In this document: piece by piece, positions 38,277 to 51,884 of the stretch
Numbering within the stretch: position 1 is the first letter of the stretch
Layout: every line of letters begins with the position of its first letter
Notes under the pieces: model-generated
What the model was told of the DNA's origin: nothing
The model's input: only the letters and a program-made list of their open reading frames with translations
The model's database searches: none
Program-made: the position numbers and the translations under genes
Source of the DNA: Eledone cirrhosa
Taxonomy: Eukaryota
NCBI GenBank assembly: GCA_964016885.1
Contig: OZ024747.1
Span: 868,001-932,000 of the forward strand
DNA length: 64,000 nucleotides
Direction of reading: 5' to 3'

Positions 38277-40129
38277 CTCTATATATATATATATGATATG
38301 GATCCGTAACTCCTGAGGGAAACGTAGGGCCGCCTTATTGACACATATTACCGTAAAAAATGACAGAGTTTATAGTAAAATAAATATTTAATTCAATAAT
38401 TCCTTGATTACAGCACTCTATATATAGATGCTCGAATCTTGAAGTTTTCCTTCATCTCTCTCTCTAGCCACTCTAAACCATCGCCGTATTTCATTTTAAA
38501 TTCATTTAAATAATTTTCTTTGATGATTATGAAACATGTCCATATTGTATCTAAGTGCAGATCTATCTACTTATATTGGAAGTCGTGCTTTGTTGTTCTT
38601 GATCGAAGAAACACATTGGTAAATATACATAAATAGATAGCTATAGGTAAATAGCTATAAATAGAAAACCTACATACACTCACATCTACACATACTCGTT
38701 CACACACACACGTATATATAAAATGTTTGCTCACATGATATGGGAGGATAAGTCTTCTCAACACTGTGTAAGAGAGAGAGAGAGCGAGAAAGATATTAAA
38801 GCATATACATGCTCACATTACCAATTCCCAGACAAATCTATAACACACACACACACATATATATATACATATACATACACCCACATACATATATCTCTCC
38901 TTCCATTGTCACAGTCTCTTACCAACATGAAACTATCACTGTCTTCCATTGTTCCATAGCCTACTACGCTATTTACTACGTCTCACCTTCGTTACTTTAA
39001 ACGAACTGAGACAATGTACAGAGCTCCTTAATCTTGTAAGGGGCAAGCTAAACTTTCTAGTGCTGGTGCCAAGATTAAATGCGCCCACTATATTCTGCAA
39101 AATGGTTAGCAATCGGAGACAATATACGGTGGATGGGACTTTTCTGTCTCGTTTAGTACATGGCAACCTCTTTGGTGTTGGTGCCGCGATAAAAGACATC
39201 TAATATATTCGTAAAGTGGCAGGGGATCAGAGTCAAAATCGGGTAGGGACAACTCTTGTCGGGGACATAATTTCTCTAGAGCTGGTGACACAATAATTGT
39301 TTCTACTTTTGGCACAAGGCCAGCAATTACCCAGTGTATTACTGGTACTTTATTTTATCGACCCGGTAAGGATGAAAGGCAAAGTTAACCTCGGCGGGAT
39401 TTGAACTCAGACCATAAAGGGCCGTAACTCTTTGCTGCAAAGCATGGCGTCAGACCCTCTACCGATACTGCCAAATATACTCCCAACATATATATAGTTG
39501 ATGAAGAGGCGGAGAGAATATAAGATAGAGATGACTATAGTCAGGCCGAAGTCATGGCAACCTATCTAGTGCTGGTGCCACTACACCCATTCTGTAAAAT
39601 GGTGTTAAGGACATCTAGCTGTAGAAACCACGTCAAAAATGAAACAAACGAAGGAAACCTGAATAATTGACATGGTTAGTGACGACTTTGTCCAAGCATA
39701 GAATACTTTCTAAACTAACAACCAGCACAACCCGTATATGAATAAAATGGCCTGGCCATCCTACATATAGATTTTGTAAACACAAACTAATGAACTATCT
39801 CTCTCCTCCCACTCCTCTCTCAACACGCATACCTAGTGTATAATAGTTTACTATCTAAAATGTTCGGTGTTTTATTAAGTTTCCTATAAAAGTACCTGTA
39901 TTCTTCACGTCTTCTGCTAAATAACCAAATTCGACACTATTAAAGTGGGGGTGGGGTGTCTATACTAGTGGGTGTGTGTGTGTGTGTCTAGACGTATGTG
40001 TATGAGTGTATATGTATCCGGATATGTGTTATAGTAGGTTAATTAGGGTGTTCTAGGCTACGTAACATTGTATGTTTGGTTAATATTATGGGAGTTGTGG
40101 TGTCGGTGGTAATGGGGGAGTCAGTAATG

Positions 40130-40830
40130 GTGGTGGTGCAGTGTGGCTGTGAGGACATGTGGTGATGGTGGTGGTGGTGGTGCAGTGTGATTGTGAGGAC
40201 GTGGTGGTGTAGTGTGGCTGTGAGGACATGTGGTGGTGGTGGTGCAGTGTGGCTGTGAGGACATGGTGGTGGTGGTGTAGTGTGGCTGTGAGGACATGTG
40301 GTGGTGGTGGTGTAGTGTGGCTGTGAGGACATGGTGGTGGTGGTGTAGTGTGGCTGTGAGGACATGTGGTGGTGGTGGTGTAGTGTGGCTGTGAGGACAT
40401 GTGGTGGTGGTGGTGTAGTGTGGCTGTGAGGACATGTGGTGGTGGTGGTGTAGTGTGGCTGTGAGGACATGTGGTGGTGGTGGTGTAGTGTGGCTGTGAG
40501 GACATGTGGTGGTGGTGGTGTAGTGTGGCTGTGAGGACATGTGGTGGTGGTGGTGTAGTGTGGCTGTGAGGACATGTGGTGGTGGTGTAGTGTGGCTGTG
40601 AGGACAAGTGGTGGTGGTGTAGTGTGGCTGTGAGGACATGTGGTGGTGGTGGTGTAGTGTGGCTGTGAGGACATGTGGTGGTGGTGGTGCAGTGTGGCTG
40701 TGAGGACATGGTGGTGGTGGTGTAGTGTGGCTGTGAGGACAAGTGGTGGTGGTGGTGCAGTGAGGCTGTGAGAACATGTGGTGGTGTAGTGTGGTAGTGA
40801 GGACATGTGGCGAGGTGGTGTGGAGAACAT
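40130..40830. repeat. Composite minisatellite gtagtgtggctgtgaggacat plus (GGT)n, about 20 copies
   Basis: Direct reading; produces the His/Thr/Pro-rich spurious ORFs. Confidence 0.95.
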
Positions 40831-42568
40831 GTCAAGTCAGAGTTTTGCTATATGTAGTAGTTTGTGAAGGTTAAACATATGTCTGTTGTGTACTATATAT
40901 AAAAGACCTGCACCCTAAATATGAGAGACTTCCTGACAACTAACTCCGACCCCACTGAAACTATGAGATGAAAAACTCGCCCTTAAACAACACAACAGAA
41001 CACTACTATAAAAACATGTTTAAAACATCTCTCCCCACTCAGATAAACAACTGTAACATTGATAGTCTCAGAGAACCCTATCACTGTGTACCATCAATAT
41101 ATATGTACTGAGGAAGAACAACTGTTGCACTTTGATCCTTGTCCTACCTTGTGATACCAGAATCTACAGGTGTATGCATGTCACATTACACCACATACAA
41201 CTTATGACTGCATATCGGAGTGTGCACTATCGCCCTCATCTAATATAGAACATGTTATATAACTGGAAATATAGATCTGTAGTCGTGCTCTCTTCATTAG
41301 TCTAACTACTTACTTAGGACTGCTGAATGAAGGGTGACCAAAGTTTATATAACAATCGCAGGTTTGTAGATGCCATGGACGCAACTTCTTCCTTCACATC
41401 AAACAAAAAAGCAACAACAATAACAATGGCAATAATTATAGTAACAACAACAAACTTAAATGTTACTTTTGCCTAAAATGGCACGTAGTAAGACTGAACC
41501 CGGAATCACCTTAATTACCTGAAACTCTTTAATTACAGCCACACCTGGGCCTACACACGGACATATTCAAAGTTAAAATATAAAGAAATATACATATAGC
41601 TGTTTTAACCCTAGGTTAATACGGATCGAGTAGATCTAGTAATTCATGTCTTCCACCCGTGACCATCCTGCCTTTTTTTCATCAGATATAGTATATTTAG
41701 GACATTATATTTGGCAACTCCTAGCAGGTGGAAGTTCCCTCTTGTACATAATATATGGTATAACTTGTATATAGTATATATAATATAGTTACCACTTTCT
41801 TTAGTCCCAGATCATCACTCAATTAAAGGTATTCAATTCTTATTCATGCGGCTCCCTTACCCCAAATATAATACGCTACGGACTACATTATCTTATGTGT
41901 ACTTCCTTTTTAAAGATAGTAAGTTATGATTTGAGTGAGATTTGGCTGTTATTTCTAGCAAACTGGAATAATCATATAGAGAGAATTCTAACCACGCAGA
42001 ACCTGTAGGAGTGAATCTCTGGTAGAAAACAAAATAACGAACCTTTTAATTTTATAAATTCATTATTGTTTTCGTTTTAAGGCGTAAACCCTTTATTTCC
42101 TATGGGTTTTTACAGTTTAGGGCAAATTGCTATTTGATATGTTGGGCAAAGGGTCTCAGACCTCTGGTGTATCCTCTAATGATTCCAGTGCCAATAATGT
42201 AGAGTAAAAGTCAACGTAAAAATAAAGTGAAACAGCACTGGGATTTACAATAAATTACAAACATTAATTATATATAAGCAAAAGGGATATTCAATTTGTT
42301 GGTAATTCAACAAATATAAATGTGTTTATAACTGATTCAGAGCACCCGACAAGTTTCTGGAGTAAATATTCAATGATATTAAATAAATGGAAACTATATT
42401 TATAAATATGGTTTTATAAATATATATATATATATATGCAAAAGTTCTATTTAAAATTGTTGGGATACAACAAGTAAATATTTTTGTAACTGATATAAAG
42501 CACTCGACAAGTATTTGGAGTAGATATACGATATTAATAAATGGAAACTATATTTATAAAACCATATC

Positions 42569-42633
42569 TATTTCATTATGCATATTTCAGGGATACCAAA
42601 TTAAATTATGGTATGCCTTCATCAGACAAAATA
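42569..42633 (-). ncRNA. Minimal type I hammerhead ribozyme motif (minus copy)
   Basis: Reverse complement: tattttgt-CTGATGA-aggcatacca taatttaatt tggtatccct-GAAA-tatgca-TA-atgaaata; stem III region is the palindrome TATGCATA. Confidence 0.78.
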
Positions 42634-42734
42634 CAATATATAACAGTTTTACAAATATCCAGATGGCTTCCAAAAATAATGGTTGCATTTTAAAAGGGTA
42701 CGTCAAAGCTTATTTGTAAAACTGTTATATATTG

Positions 42735-42799
42735 TATTTTGTCTGATGAAGGCATACCATAATTTAATTTGGTATCCCTGAAATATGTATAATGAAATA
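42735..42799 (+). ncRNA. Minimal type I hammerhead ribozyme motif (plus copy)
   Basis: Stem I tattttgt(42735-42)/atgaaata(42792-99), CTGATGA 42743-49, stem II with 9 of 10 pairs (42750-79), GAAA 42780-83, AUA triplet ending at 42791. Confidence 0.75.
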
Positions 42800-43997
42800 G
42801 ATATGGTTTTATAAATATAGTTTCCATTTATTAATATCGTATATATATATATACCAAAGCCATGGTATATATTGGTAAGTTCCTTACCAATGTGGTAAGG
42901 AACCAGATGGACCATAACGCACCAGAGTACTCAATACTTAGGGTAGTAGAGTGGGAAATAGGAATAGAGTCCAGAAATAGTCGTCGAAACGGCTTGAGCT
43001 CTGCCGTCGGGGTCATACTTTTTCCTATATATATCGACACAGATAAATGCACACGTGTGTGTGTCTGTGTGTGGAATGATGTATCAAAGGGAGAAAAAAA
43101 TCAGAGATGTGTGTTTGGTGAAAAGGATGATATAGATAAGAGGTAGTAAAGTAGATAGATAGAGAGAGAGGGGGAGAGTGAGAGGGCGATAGATATAAGT
43201 AGATAGATAGATTGAGTGAAAAAGAGAAAGGAAAGGAAGGAACTTACTTTAAGGCAACAACTGCTGCTATGGGATTAGACCCACCACACTATGTGTGGTG
43301 GGAAGAGACAGTATGGGAGGGGGGACTAACCTTCACGTGTGGACCACTAATCTTACAGACCACAGATTTCCTATCAAAATCAAGAGTGACGGAGAAAAGG
43401 ATGAATATCACACATTCCACATCCCTGCTTTATTCCTGACAACACCACACAACTGACATCTTCCTTCCACAAACCTTATCCCTTCCCCTTAAGAATCCAA
43501 TATAGATTTATGAGATGAGATAGATAGACAGATAGGGACAGACAGACAGACAGATAGATAGATAGACAGACAGACAGATAAACCAAAAGAAAAAAGATAT
43601 ATATATACAAAAGCAGCAACCAACAACAGAAGTGGCAGTCTCCCTCAAAATCTTCTTGCAGACCCAATATTTTTATTTTCTATTTCTTTAGTAACCTCCA
43701 ACAACTAGTGCTTGCTACTGCCACTATCACTAATAGCAGTATTAGTTATTAGTAGTGATAGCAGTAGTAGTGGTGGTAGTAGTAGTAGTGCTGTTGGTAG
43801 TTACTACTCAATAATTATTGATTTCTAACCATTACAAATCTAGCCCAAACTAGTGGGTACCTACACATCCTGCTTCCTACATAACTTCACCCCCTCCTCC
43901 CTTTTTATCGCCTGCGAGCCCTCACACCACTACCAGCATATCTGCTGTGGTTGTTGCAGTTCTTCACTATTACTGACTTGTCTTACAACACAGAGGA

Positions 43998-45640
43998 GTG
44001 GATAGATAGATAGATGGGTGGGTATCTGGGTTGGTGGATAGATAGAAAGGTGGGTATCTGGGTTGGTGGATAGATAGATGGGTGGGTATCTGGGTTGGTG
44101 GATAGATAGATGGGTGGGTAGCTGGGTTGGTGGATAGATAGATGGGTGGGTATCTGGGTTGGTGGATAGATAGATGGGTGGGTATCTGGGTTGGTGGATA
44201 GATAGATGGGTGGGTATCTGGGTTAGTGGATACATAGATGGGTGGGTATCTGGGTTGGTGGATAGATAGATGGGTGGGTAGCTGGGTTGGTGGATAGATA
44301 GATGGGTGGGTATCTGGGTTGGTGGATAGATAGATGGGTGGGTATCTGGGTTGGTGGATAGATAGATGGGTGGGTAGCTGGGTTGGTGGATAGATAGATG
44401 GGTGGGTAGCTGGGTTGGTGGATAGATAGATGGGTGGGTATCTGGGTTGGTGGATAGATAGATGGGTGGGTAGCTGGGTTGTGGATAGATAGATGGATGG
44501 GTATCTGGGTTGGTGGATAGCTGGGTTGGTGGATAGATAGATGGGTGGGTAGCTGGGTTGGTGGATAGATAGATGGGTGGGTAGCTGGGTTGGTGGATAG
44601 ATAGATGGGTGGGTATCTGGGTTGTGGATAGAAAGATGGGTGGGTAGCTGGGTTGGTGGATAGATAGATGGGTGGGTAGCTGGGTTGTGGATAGATAGAT
44701 GGGTGGGTAGCTGGGTTGGTGGATAGATAGATGGGTGGGTATCTGGGTTGGTGGATAGATAGATGGGTGGGTATCTGGGTTGGTGGATAGCTGGGTTGGT
44801 GGATAGATAGATGGGTGGGTAGCTGGGTTGGTGGATAGATAGATGGGTGGGTAGCTGGGTTGGTGGATAGATAGATGGGTGGGTATCTGGGTTGTGGATA
44901 GAAAGATGGGTGGGTAGCTGGGTTGGTGGATAGATAGATGGGTGGGTAGCTGGGTTGTGGATAGATAGATGGGTGGGTAGCTGGGTTGGTGGATAGATAG
45001 ATGGGTGGGTATCTGGGTTGGTGGATAGATAGATGGGTGGGTATCTGGGTTGGTGGATAGCTGGGTTGGTGGATAGATAGATGGGTGGGTAGCTGGGTTG
45101 GTGGATAGATAGATGGGTGGGTATCTGGGTTGGTGGATAGATAGATGGGTGGGTAGCTGGGTTGGTGGATAGATAGATGGGTGGGTAGCTGGGTAGATAG
45201 ATGGGTGGGTATCTGGGTTGTGGATAGATAGATGGGTGGGTAGCTGGATAGATAGATGGGTGGGTATCTGGGTTGGTGGATAGATAGATGGGTGGGTAGC
45301 TGGGTTGGTGGATAGATAGATGGGTGGGTAGCTGGGTTGGTATCTGGGTTGTGGATAGATAGATGGGTGGGTATCTGGGTTGGTGGATAGCTGGGTTGGT
45401 GGATAGATAGATGGGTGGGTAGCTGGGTTGGTGGATAGATAGATGGGTGGGTAGCTGGGTTGGTGGATAGATAGATGGGTGGGTATCTGGGTTGTGGATA
45501 GATAGATGGGTGGGTATCTGGATTGGTGGATAGATAGATGGGTGGGTATCTGGGTTGGTGGATAGATAGATGGGTGGGTATCTGGGTTGGTGGATAGATA
45601 GATGGGTGGGTATCTGGGTTGGTGGATAGCTGGGTTGATG
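43998..45640. repeat. 32-bp G-rich minisatellite, about 50 copies
   Basis: Unit gatagatagatgggtgggta(t/g)ctgggttggtg. Confidence 0.97.
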
Positions 45641-45840
45641 GGTGGAGAGGGAAAGAATGACAATAAACATGAGTATAGACACTCTATATCTCGCTACCCC
45701 TCCCTTACTTCATATCTCTGCATGTATATGTATAGAGAGAGAGAGTATGTATCACATCATCATCATCACATATATATATAATATATGTCTATCCATTCAT
45801 CTATCTACCCATCAACCTACATCTGTCTATCTAATGATCC

Positions 45841-45875
<35 letters not shown>

Positions 45876-46347
45876 TTTGCCTATCTATTCAGCTATACAC
45901 CCATCACCCATCTGTCTAATGATCCACATCCATCTATATATAAGTATGTGTGTGACTGCTTATCTATCAATCAATCCATTCAATAATCGATATTGTTACC
46001 TCCTCATCAATAAATCAATACGATGATACATTTGGATTCAGTGAAATACTATCGTTGTTCAATTCTCAATCAAATTTTGCTTTTTTTTTCATAACAATAA
46101 ATCTTAAAAACGGACCTCCCCTTAATCTTGTGATAATTTAAAACATAACCTTAAATCAAAATTTAACTTTAAACCTAATTTAATTTTATATCGAACCTAA
46201 ATTTAACCTATTTTTACTACTACTACTGCAGCAGCAGCAGCAGTAGCAGTACTAGTAGTAGTGGTGTTTCATCAAGTTCTTTTTCGTTTATTGCAGAATG
46301 CAAAGTCATTGCAATTAAGGTGTCATCTGTCACAATCAAACCTTACC

Positions 46348-49300
46348 TTAAACCTAACTATACTGTAAACCTAACCACACCATAAACCTAACCATACTGT
46401 AAACCTAACCACACCATAAACCTAACCATACTGTAAACCTAACCACACCATAAACCTAACCATACTGTAAACCTAACCACACCATAAACCTAACCACACC
46501 ATAAACCTAACCACACCATAAACCTAACCATACTGTAAACCTAACCACACCATAAACCTAACTATACTGTAAACCTAACCACACCATAAACCTAACCATA
46601 CTGTAAACCTAACCACACCATAAACCTAACCACACCATAAACCTAACCACACCATAAACCTAACTATACTGTAAACCTAACCACACCATAAACCTAACCA
46701 TACTGTAAACCTAACCACACCATAAACCTAACCATACTGTAAACCTAACCACACCATAAACCTAACCATACTGTAAACCTAACCATACTGTAAACCTAAC
46801 CATACTGTAAACCTAACCACACCATAAACCTAACCATACTGTAAACCTAACCACACCATAAACCTAACCATACTGTAAACCTAACCACACCATAAACCTA
46901 ACCACACCATAAACCTAACCATACTGTAAACCTAACCACACCATAAACCTAACCATACTGTAAACCTAACCACACCATAAACCTAACCATACTGTAAACC
47001 TAACCACACCATAAACCTAACCATACTGTAAACCTAACCACACCATAAACCTAACCATACTGTAAACCTAACCACACCATAAACCTAACCATACTGTAAA
47101 CCTAACCACACCATAAACCTAACCATACTGTAAACCTAACCACACCATAAACCTAACCATACTGTAAACCTAACCACACCATAAACCTAACCACACCATA
47201 AACCTAACCATACTGTAAACCTAACCACACCATAAACCTAACCATACTGTAAACCTAACCACACCATAAACCTAACTATACTGTAAACCTAACCACACCA
47301 TAAACCTAACCATACTGTAAACCTAACCACACCATAAACCTAACCACACCATAAACCTAACTATACTGTAAACCTAACCACACCATAAACCTAACCATAC
47401 TGTAAACCTAACCACACCATAAACCTAACCATACTGTAAACCTAACCACACCATAAACCTAACCACACCATAAACCTAACTATACTGTAAACCTAACCAC
47501 ACCATAAACCTAACCATACTGTAAACCTAACCACACCATAAACCTAACCACACCATAAACCTAACCATACTGTAAACCTAACCACACCATAAACCTAACC
47601 ACACCATAAACCTAACCATACTGTAAACCTAACCACACCATAAACCTAACCACACCATAAACCTAACCATACTGTAAACCTAACCACACCATAAACCTAA
47701 CCATACTGTAAACCTAACCACACCATAAACCTAACCATACTGTAAACCTAACCACACCATAAACCTAACCATACTGTAAACCTAACCACACCATAAACCT
47801 AACCATACTGTAAACCTAACCACACCATAAACCTAACTATACTGTAAACCTAACCACACCATAAACCTAACCATACTGTAAACCTAACCACACCATAAAC
47901 CTAACCACACCATAAACCTAACTATACTGTAAACCTAACCACACCATAAACCTAACCATACTGTAAACCTAACCACACCATAAACCTAACCACACCATAA
48001 ACCTAACCATACTGTAAACCTAACCACACCATAAACCTAACCATACTGTAAACCTAACCACACCATAAACCTAACTATACTGTAAACCTAACCACACCAT
48101 AAACCTAACCATACTGTAAACCTAACCACACTGTAAACCTAACCATACTGTAAACCTAACCATACTGTAAACCTAACCATACTGTAAACCTAACCATACT
48201 GTAAACCTAACCACACCATAAACCTAACTATACTGTAAACCTAACCACACTGTAAACCTAACCATACTGTAAACCTAACCATACTGTAAACCTAACCATA
48301 CTGTAAACCTAACCATACTGTAAACCTAACCACACCATAAACCTAACTATACTGTAAACCTAACCACACCATAAACCTAACCATACTGTAAACCTAACCA
48401 CACCATAAACCTAACCATACTGTAAACCTAACCACACTGTAAACCTAACCATACTGTAAACCTAACCATACTGTAAACCTAACCATACTGTAAACCTAAC
48501 CATACTGTAAACCTAACCACACCATAAACCTAACTATACTGTAAACCTAACCACACTGTAAACCTAACCATACTGTAAACCTAACCATACTGTAAACCTA
48601 ACCATACTGTAAACCTAACCACACCATAAACCTAACCATACTGTAAACCTAACCACACTGTAAACCTAACCATACTGTAAACCTAACCATACTGTAAACC
48701 TAACCATACTGTAAACCTAACCACACCATAAACCTAACTATACTGTAAACCTAACCACACCATAAACCTAACCATACTGTAAACCTAACCACACCATAAA
48801 CCTAACCATACTGTAAACCTAACCACACTGTAAACCTAACTATACTGTAAACCTAACCACACCATAAACCTAACTATACTGTAAACCTAACCACACCATA
48901 AACCTAACCATACTGTAAACCTAACCACACCATAAACCTAACCATACTGTAAACCTAACCACACTGTAAACCTAACCATACTGTAAACCTAACCATACTG
49001 TAAACCTAACCATACTGTAAACCTAACCACACCATAAACCTAACTATACTGTAAACCTAACCACACTGTAAACCTAACCATACTGTAAACCTAACCATAC
49101 TGTAAACCTAACCATACTGTAAACCTAACCATACTGTAAACCTAACCACACCATAAACCTAACTATACTGTAAACCTAACCACACCATAAACCTAACCAT
49201 ACTGTAAACCTAACCACACCATAAACCTAACCATACTGTAAACCTAACCACACTGTAAACCTAACCATACTGTAAACCTAACCATACTGTAAACCTAACC

Positions 49301-51540
49301 ATACTGTAAACCTAACCATACTGTAAACCTAACCACACCATAAACCTAACTATACTGTAAACCTAACCACACTGTAAACCTAACCATACTGTAAACCTAA
49401 CCATACTGTAAACCTAACCATACTGTAAACCTAACCACACCATAAACCTAACCATACTGTAAACCTAACCACACTGTAAACCTAACCATACTGTAAACCT
49501 AACCATACTGTAAACCTAACCATACTGTAAACCTAACCACACCATAAACCTAACTATACTGTAAACCTAACCACACCATAAACCTAACCATACTGTAAAC
49601 CTAACCACACCATAAACCTAACCATACTGTAAACCTAACCACACTGTAAACCTAACTATACTGTAAACCTAACCACACCATAAACCTAACTATACTGTAA
49701 ACCTAACCACACCATAAACCTAACCATACTGTAAACCTAACCACACCATAAACCTAACCATACTGTAAACCTAACCACACTGTAAACCTAACCATACTGT
49801 AAACCTAACCATACTGTAAACCTAACCATACTGTAAACCTAACCACACCATAAACCTAACTATACTGTAAACCTAACCACACCATAAACCTAACCATACT
49901 GTAAACCTAACCACACCATAAACCTAACCATACTGTAAACCTAACCACACTGTAAACCTAACCATACTGTAAACCTAACCATACTGTAAACCTAACCATA
50001 CTGTAAACCTAACCATACTGTAAACCTAACCACACCATAAACCTAACTATACTGTAAACCTAACCACACTGTAAACCTAACCATACTGTAAACCTAACCA
50101 TACTGTAAACCTAACCATACTGTAAACCTAACCACACCATAAACCTAACCATACTGTAAACCTAACCACACTGTAAACCTAACCATACTGTAAACCTAAC
50201 CATACTGTAAACCTAACCATACTGTAAACCTAACCATACTGTAAACCTAACCACACCATAAACCTAACTATACTGTAAACCTAACCACACTGTAAACCTA
50301 ACCATACTGTAAACCTAACCATACTGTAAACCTAACCATACTGTAAACCTAACCACACCATAAACCTAACCATACTGTAAACCTAACCACACTGTAAACC
50401 TAACCATACTGTAAACCTAACCATACTGTAAACCTAACCATACTGTAAACCTAACCATACTGTAAACCTAACCACACCATAAACCTAACCATACTGTAAA
50501 CCTAACCACACCATAAACCTAACCATACTGTAAACCTAACCATACTGTAAACCTAACCACACCATAAACCTAACCATACTGTAAACCTAACCACACCATA
50601 AACCTAACCATACTGTAAACCTAACCATACTGTAAACCTAACCATACTGTAAACCTAACCATACTGTAAACCTAACCACACCATAAACCTAACTATACTG
50701 TAAACCTAACCACACTGTAAACCTAACCATACTGTAAACCTAACCATACTGTAAACCTAACCATACTGTAAACCTAACCACACCATAAACCTAACCATAC
50801 TGTAAACCTAACCATACTGTAAACCTAACCACACCATAAACCTAACCATACTGTAAACCTAACCATACTGTAAACCTAACCACACCATAAACCTAACCAT
50901 ACTGTAAACCTAACCACACCATAAACCTAACCATACTGTAAACCTAACCATACTGTAAACCTAACCATACTGTAAACCTAACCATACTGTAAACCTAACC
51001 ACACCATAAACCTAACTATACTGTAAACCTAACCACACTGTAAACCTAACCATACTGTAAACCTAACCATACTGTAAACCTAACCATACTGTAAACCTAA
51101 CCATACTGTAAACCTAACCATACTGTAAACCTAACCATACTGTAAACCTAACCATACTGTAAACCTAACTATACTGTAAACCTAACCACACCATAAACCT
51201 AACTATACTGTAAACCTAACCACACTGTAAACCTAACCACACCATAAACCTAACCATACTGTAAACCTAACTATACTGTAAACCTAACCATACTGTAAAC
51301 CTAACCATACTGTAAACCTAACCATACTGTAAACCTAACCACACCATAAACCTAACCATACTGTAAACCTAACCACACCATAAACCTAACCATACTGTAA
51401 ACCTAACCACACCATAAACCTAACCATACTGTAAACCTAACCACACCATAAACCTAACCATACTGTAAACCTAACCACACCATAAACCTAACCATACTGT
51501 AAACCTAACCACACCATAAACCTAACCATACTGTAAACCT
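46348..51540. repeat. 17-bp satellite, about 300 copies, four variants
   Basis: aaacctaac + catactgt / cacaccat / tatactgt / cacactgt. Confidence 0.98.
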
Positions 51541-51554
51541 ATCCAAACTTTACC

Positions 51555-51884
51555 TTAACCCTTTAGCATTTCATTACTCTAAATTTACTAAACACTTTAC
51601 CTAACATAATTATCACACAAATCTCGTTGAGGTTAACTTTGCCTTTCATCTTTATGGGGTCGATAAAATAAAGTACCAGTAATGTACTGGTTAATTGCTG
51701 GCCTTGTGCCAATAGTAGAAACAATAATTATCACACATAATATTGAATCTATGAGATTTTGATATTATTTATTTTGAGAACAATACCTTAACATCAGTAT
51801 GAGCAGCCAGTTATGGCCGGTTTGAATAGAAAGAGGTGAGAGAATTCTGGCCAGATACAGCCGGTTTAAATGCTAAAGGGTTAA
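51555..51884. mobile_element. TTAA-flanked MITE (piggyBac-like ends) with a nested SINE fragment
   Basis: TTAA(51555-58)-ccctttagcattt ... aaatgctaaaggg-TTAA(51881-84): 13-bp perfect TIRs. The internal SINE is bounded by a 14-bp direct repeat ataattatcacaca. Confidence 0.8.

Noticed and set aside
43930-45682. Pro/Thr/His-rich 570-577-aa ORFs (extensin- or adhesive-like)
   Set aside because: The 32-bp unit is not a multiple of 3 and the peptides cycle through frames; this is minisatellite translation.
46348-51540. True telomeric or interstitial telomeric repeat
   Set aside because: No tandem (TTAGGG)n or (TTAGG)n; the motif is only part of a 17-bp unit.
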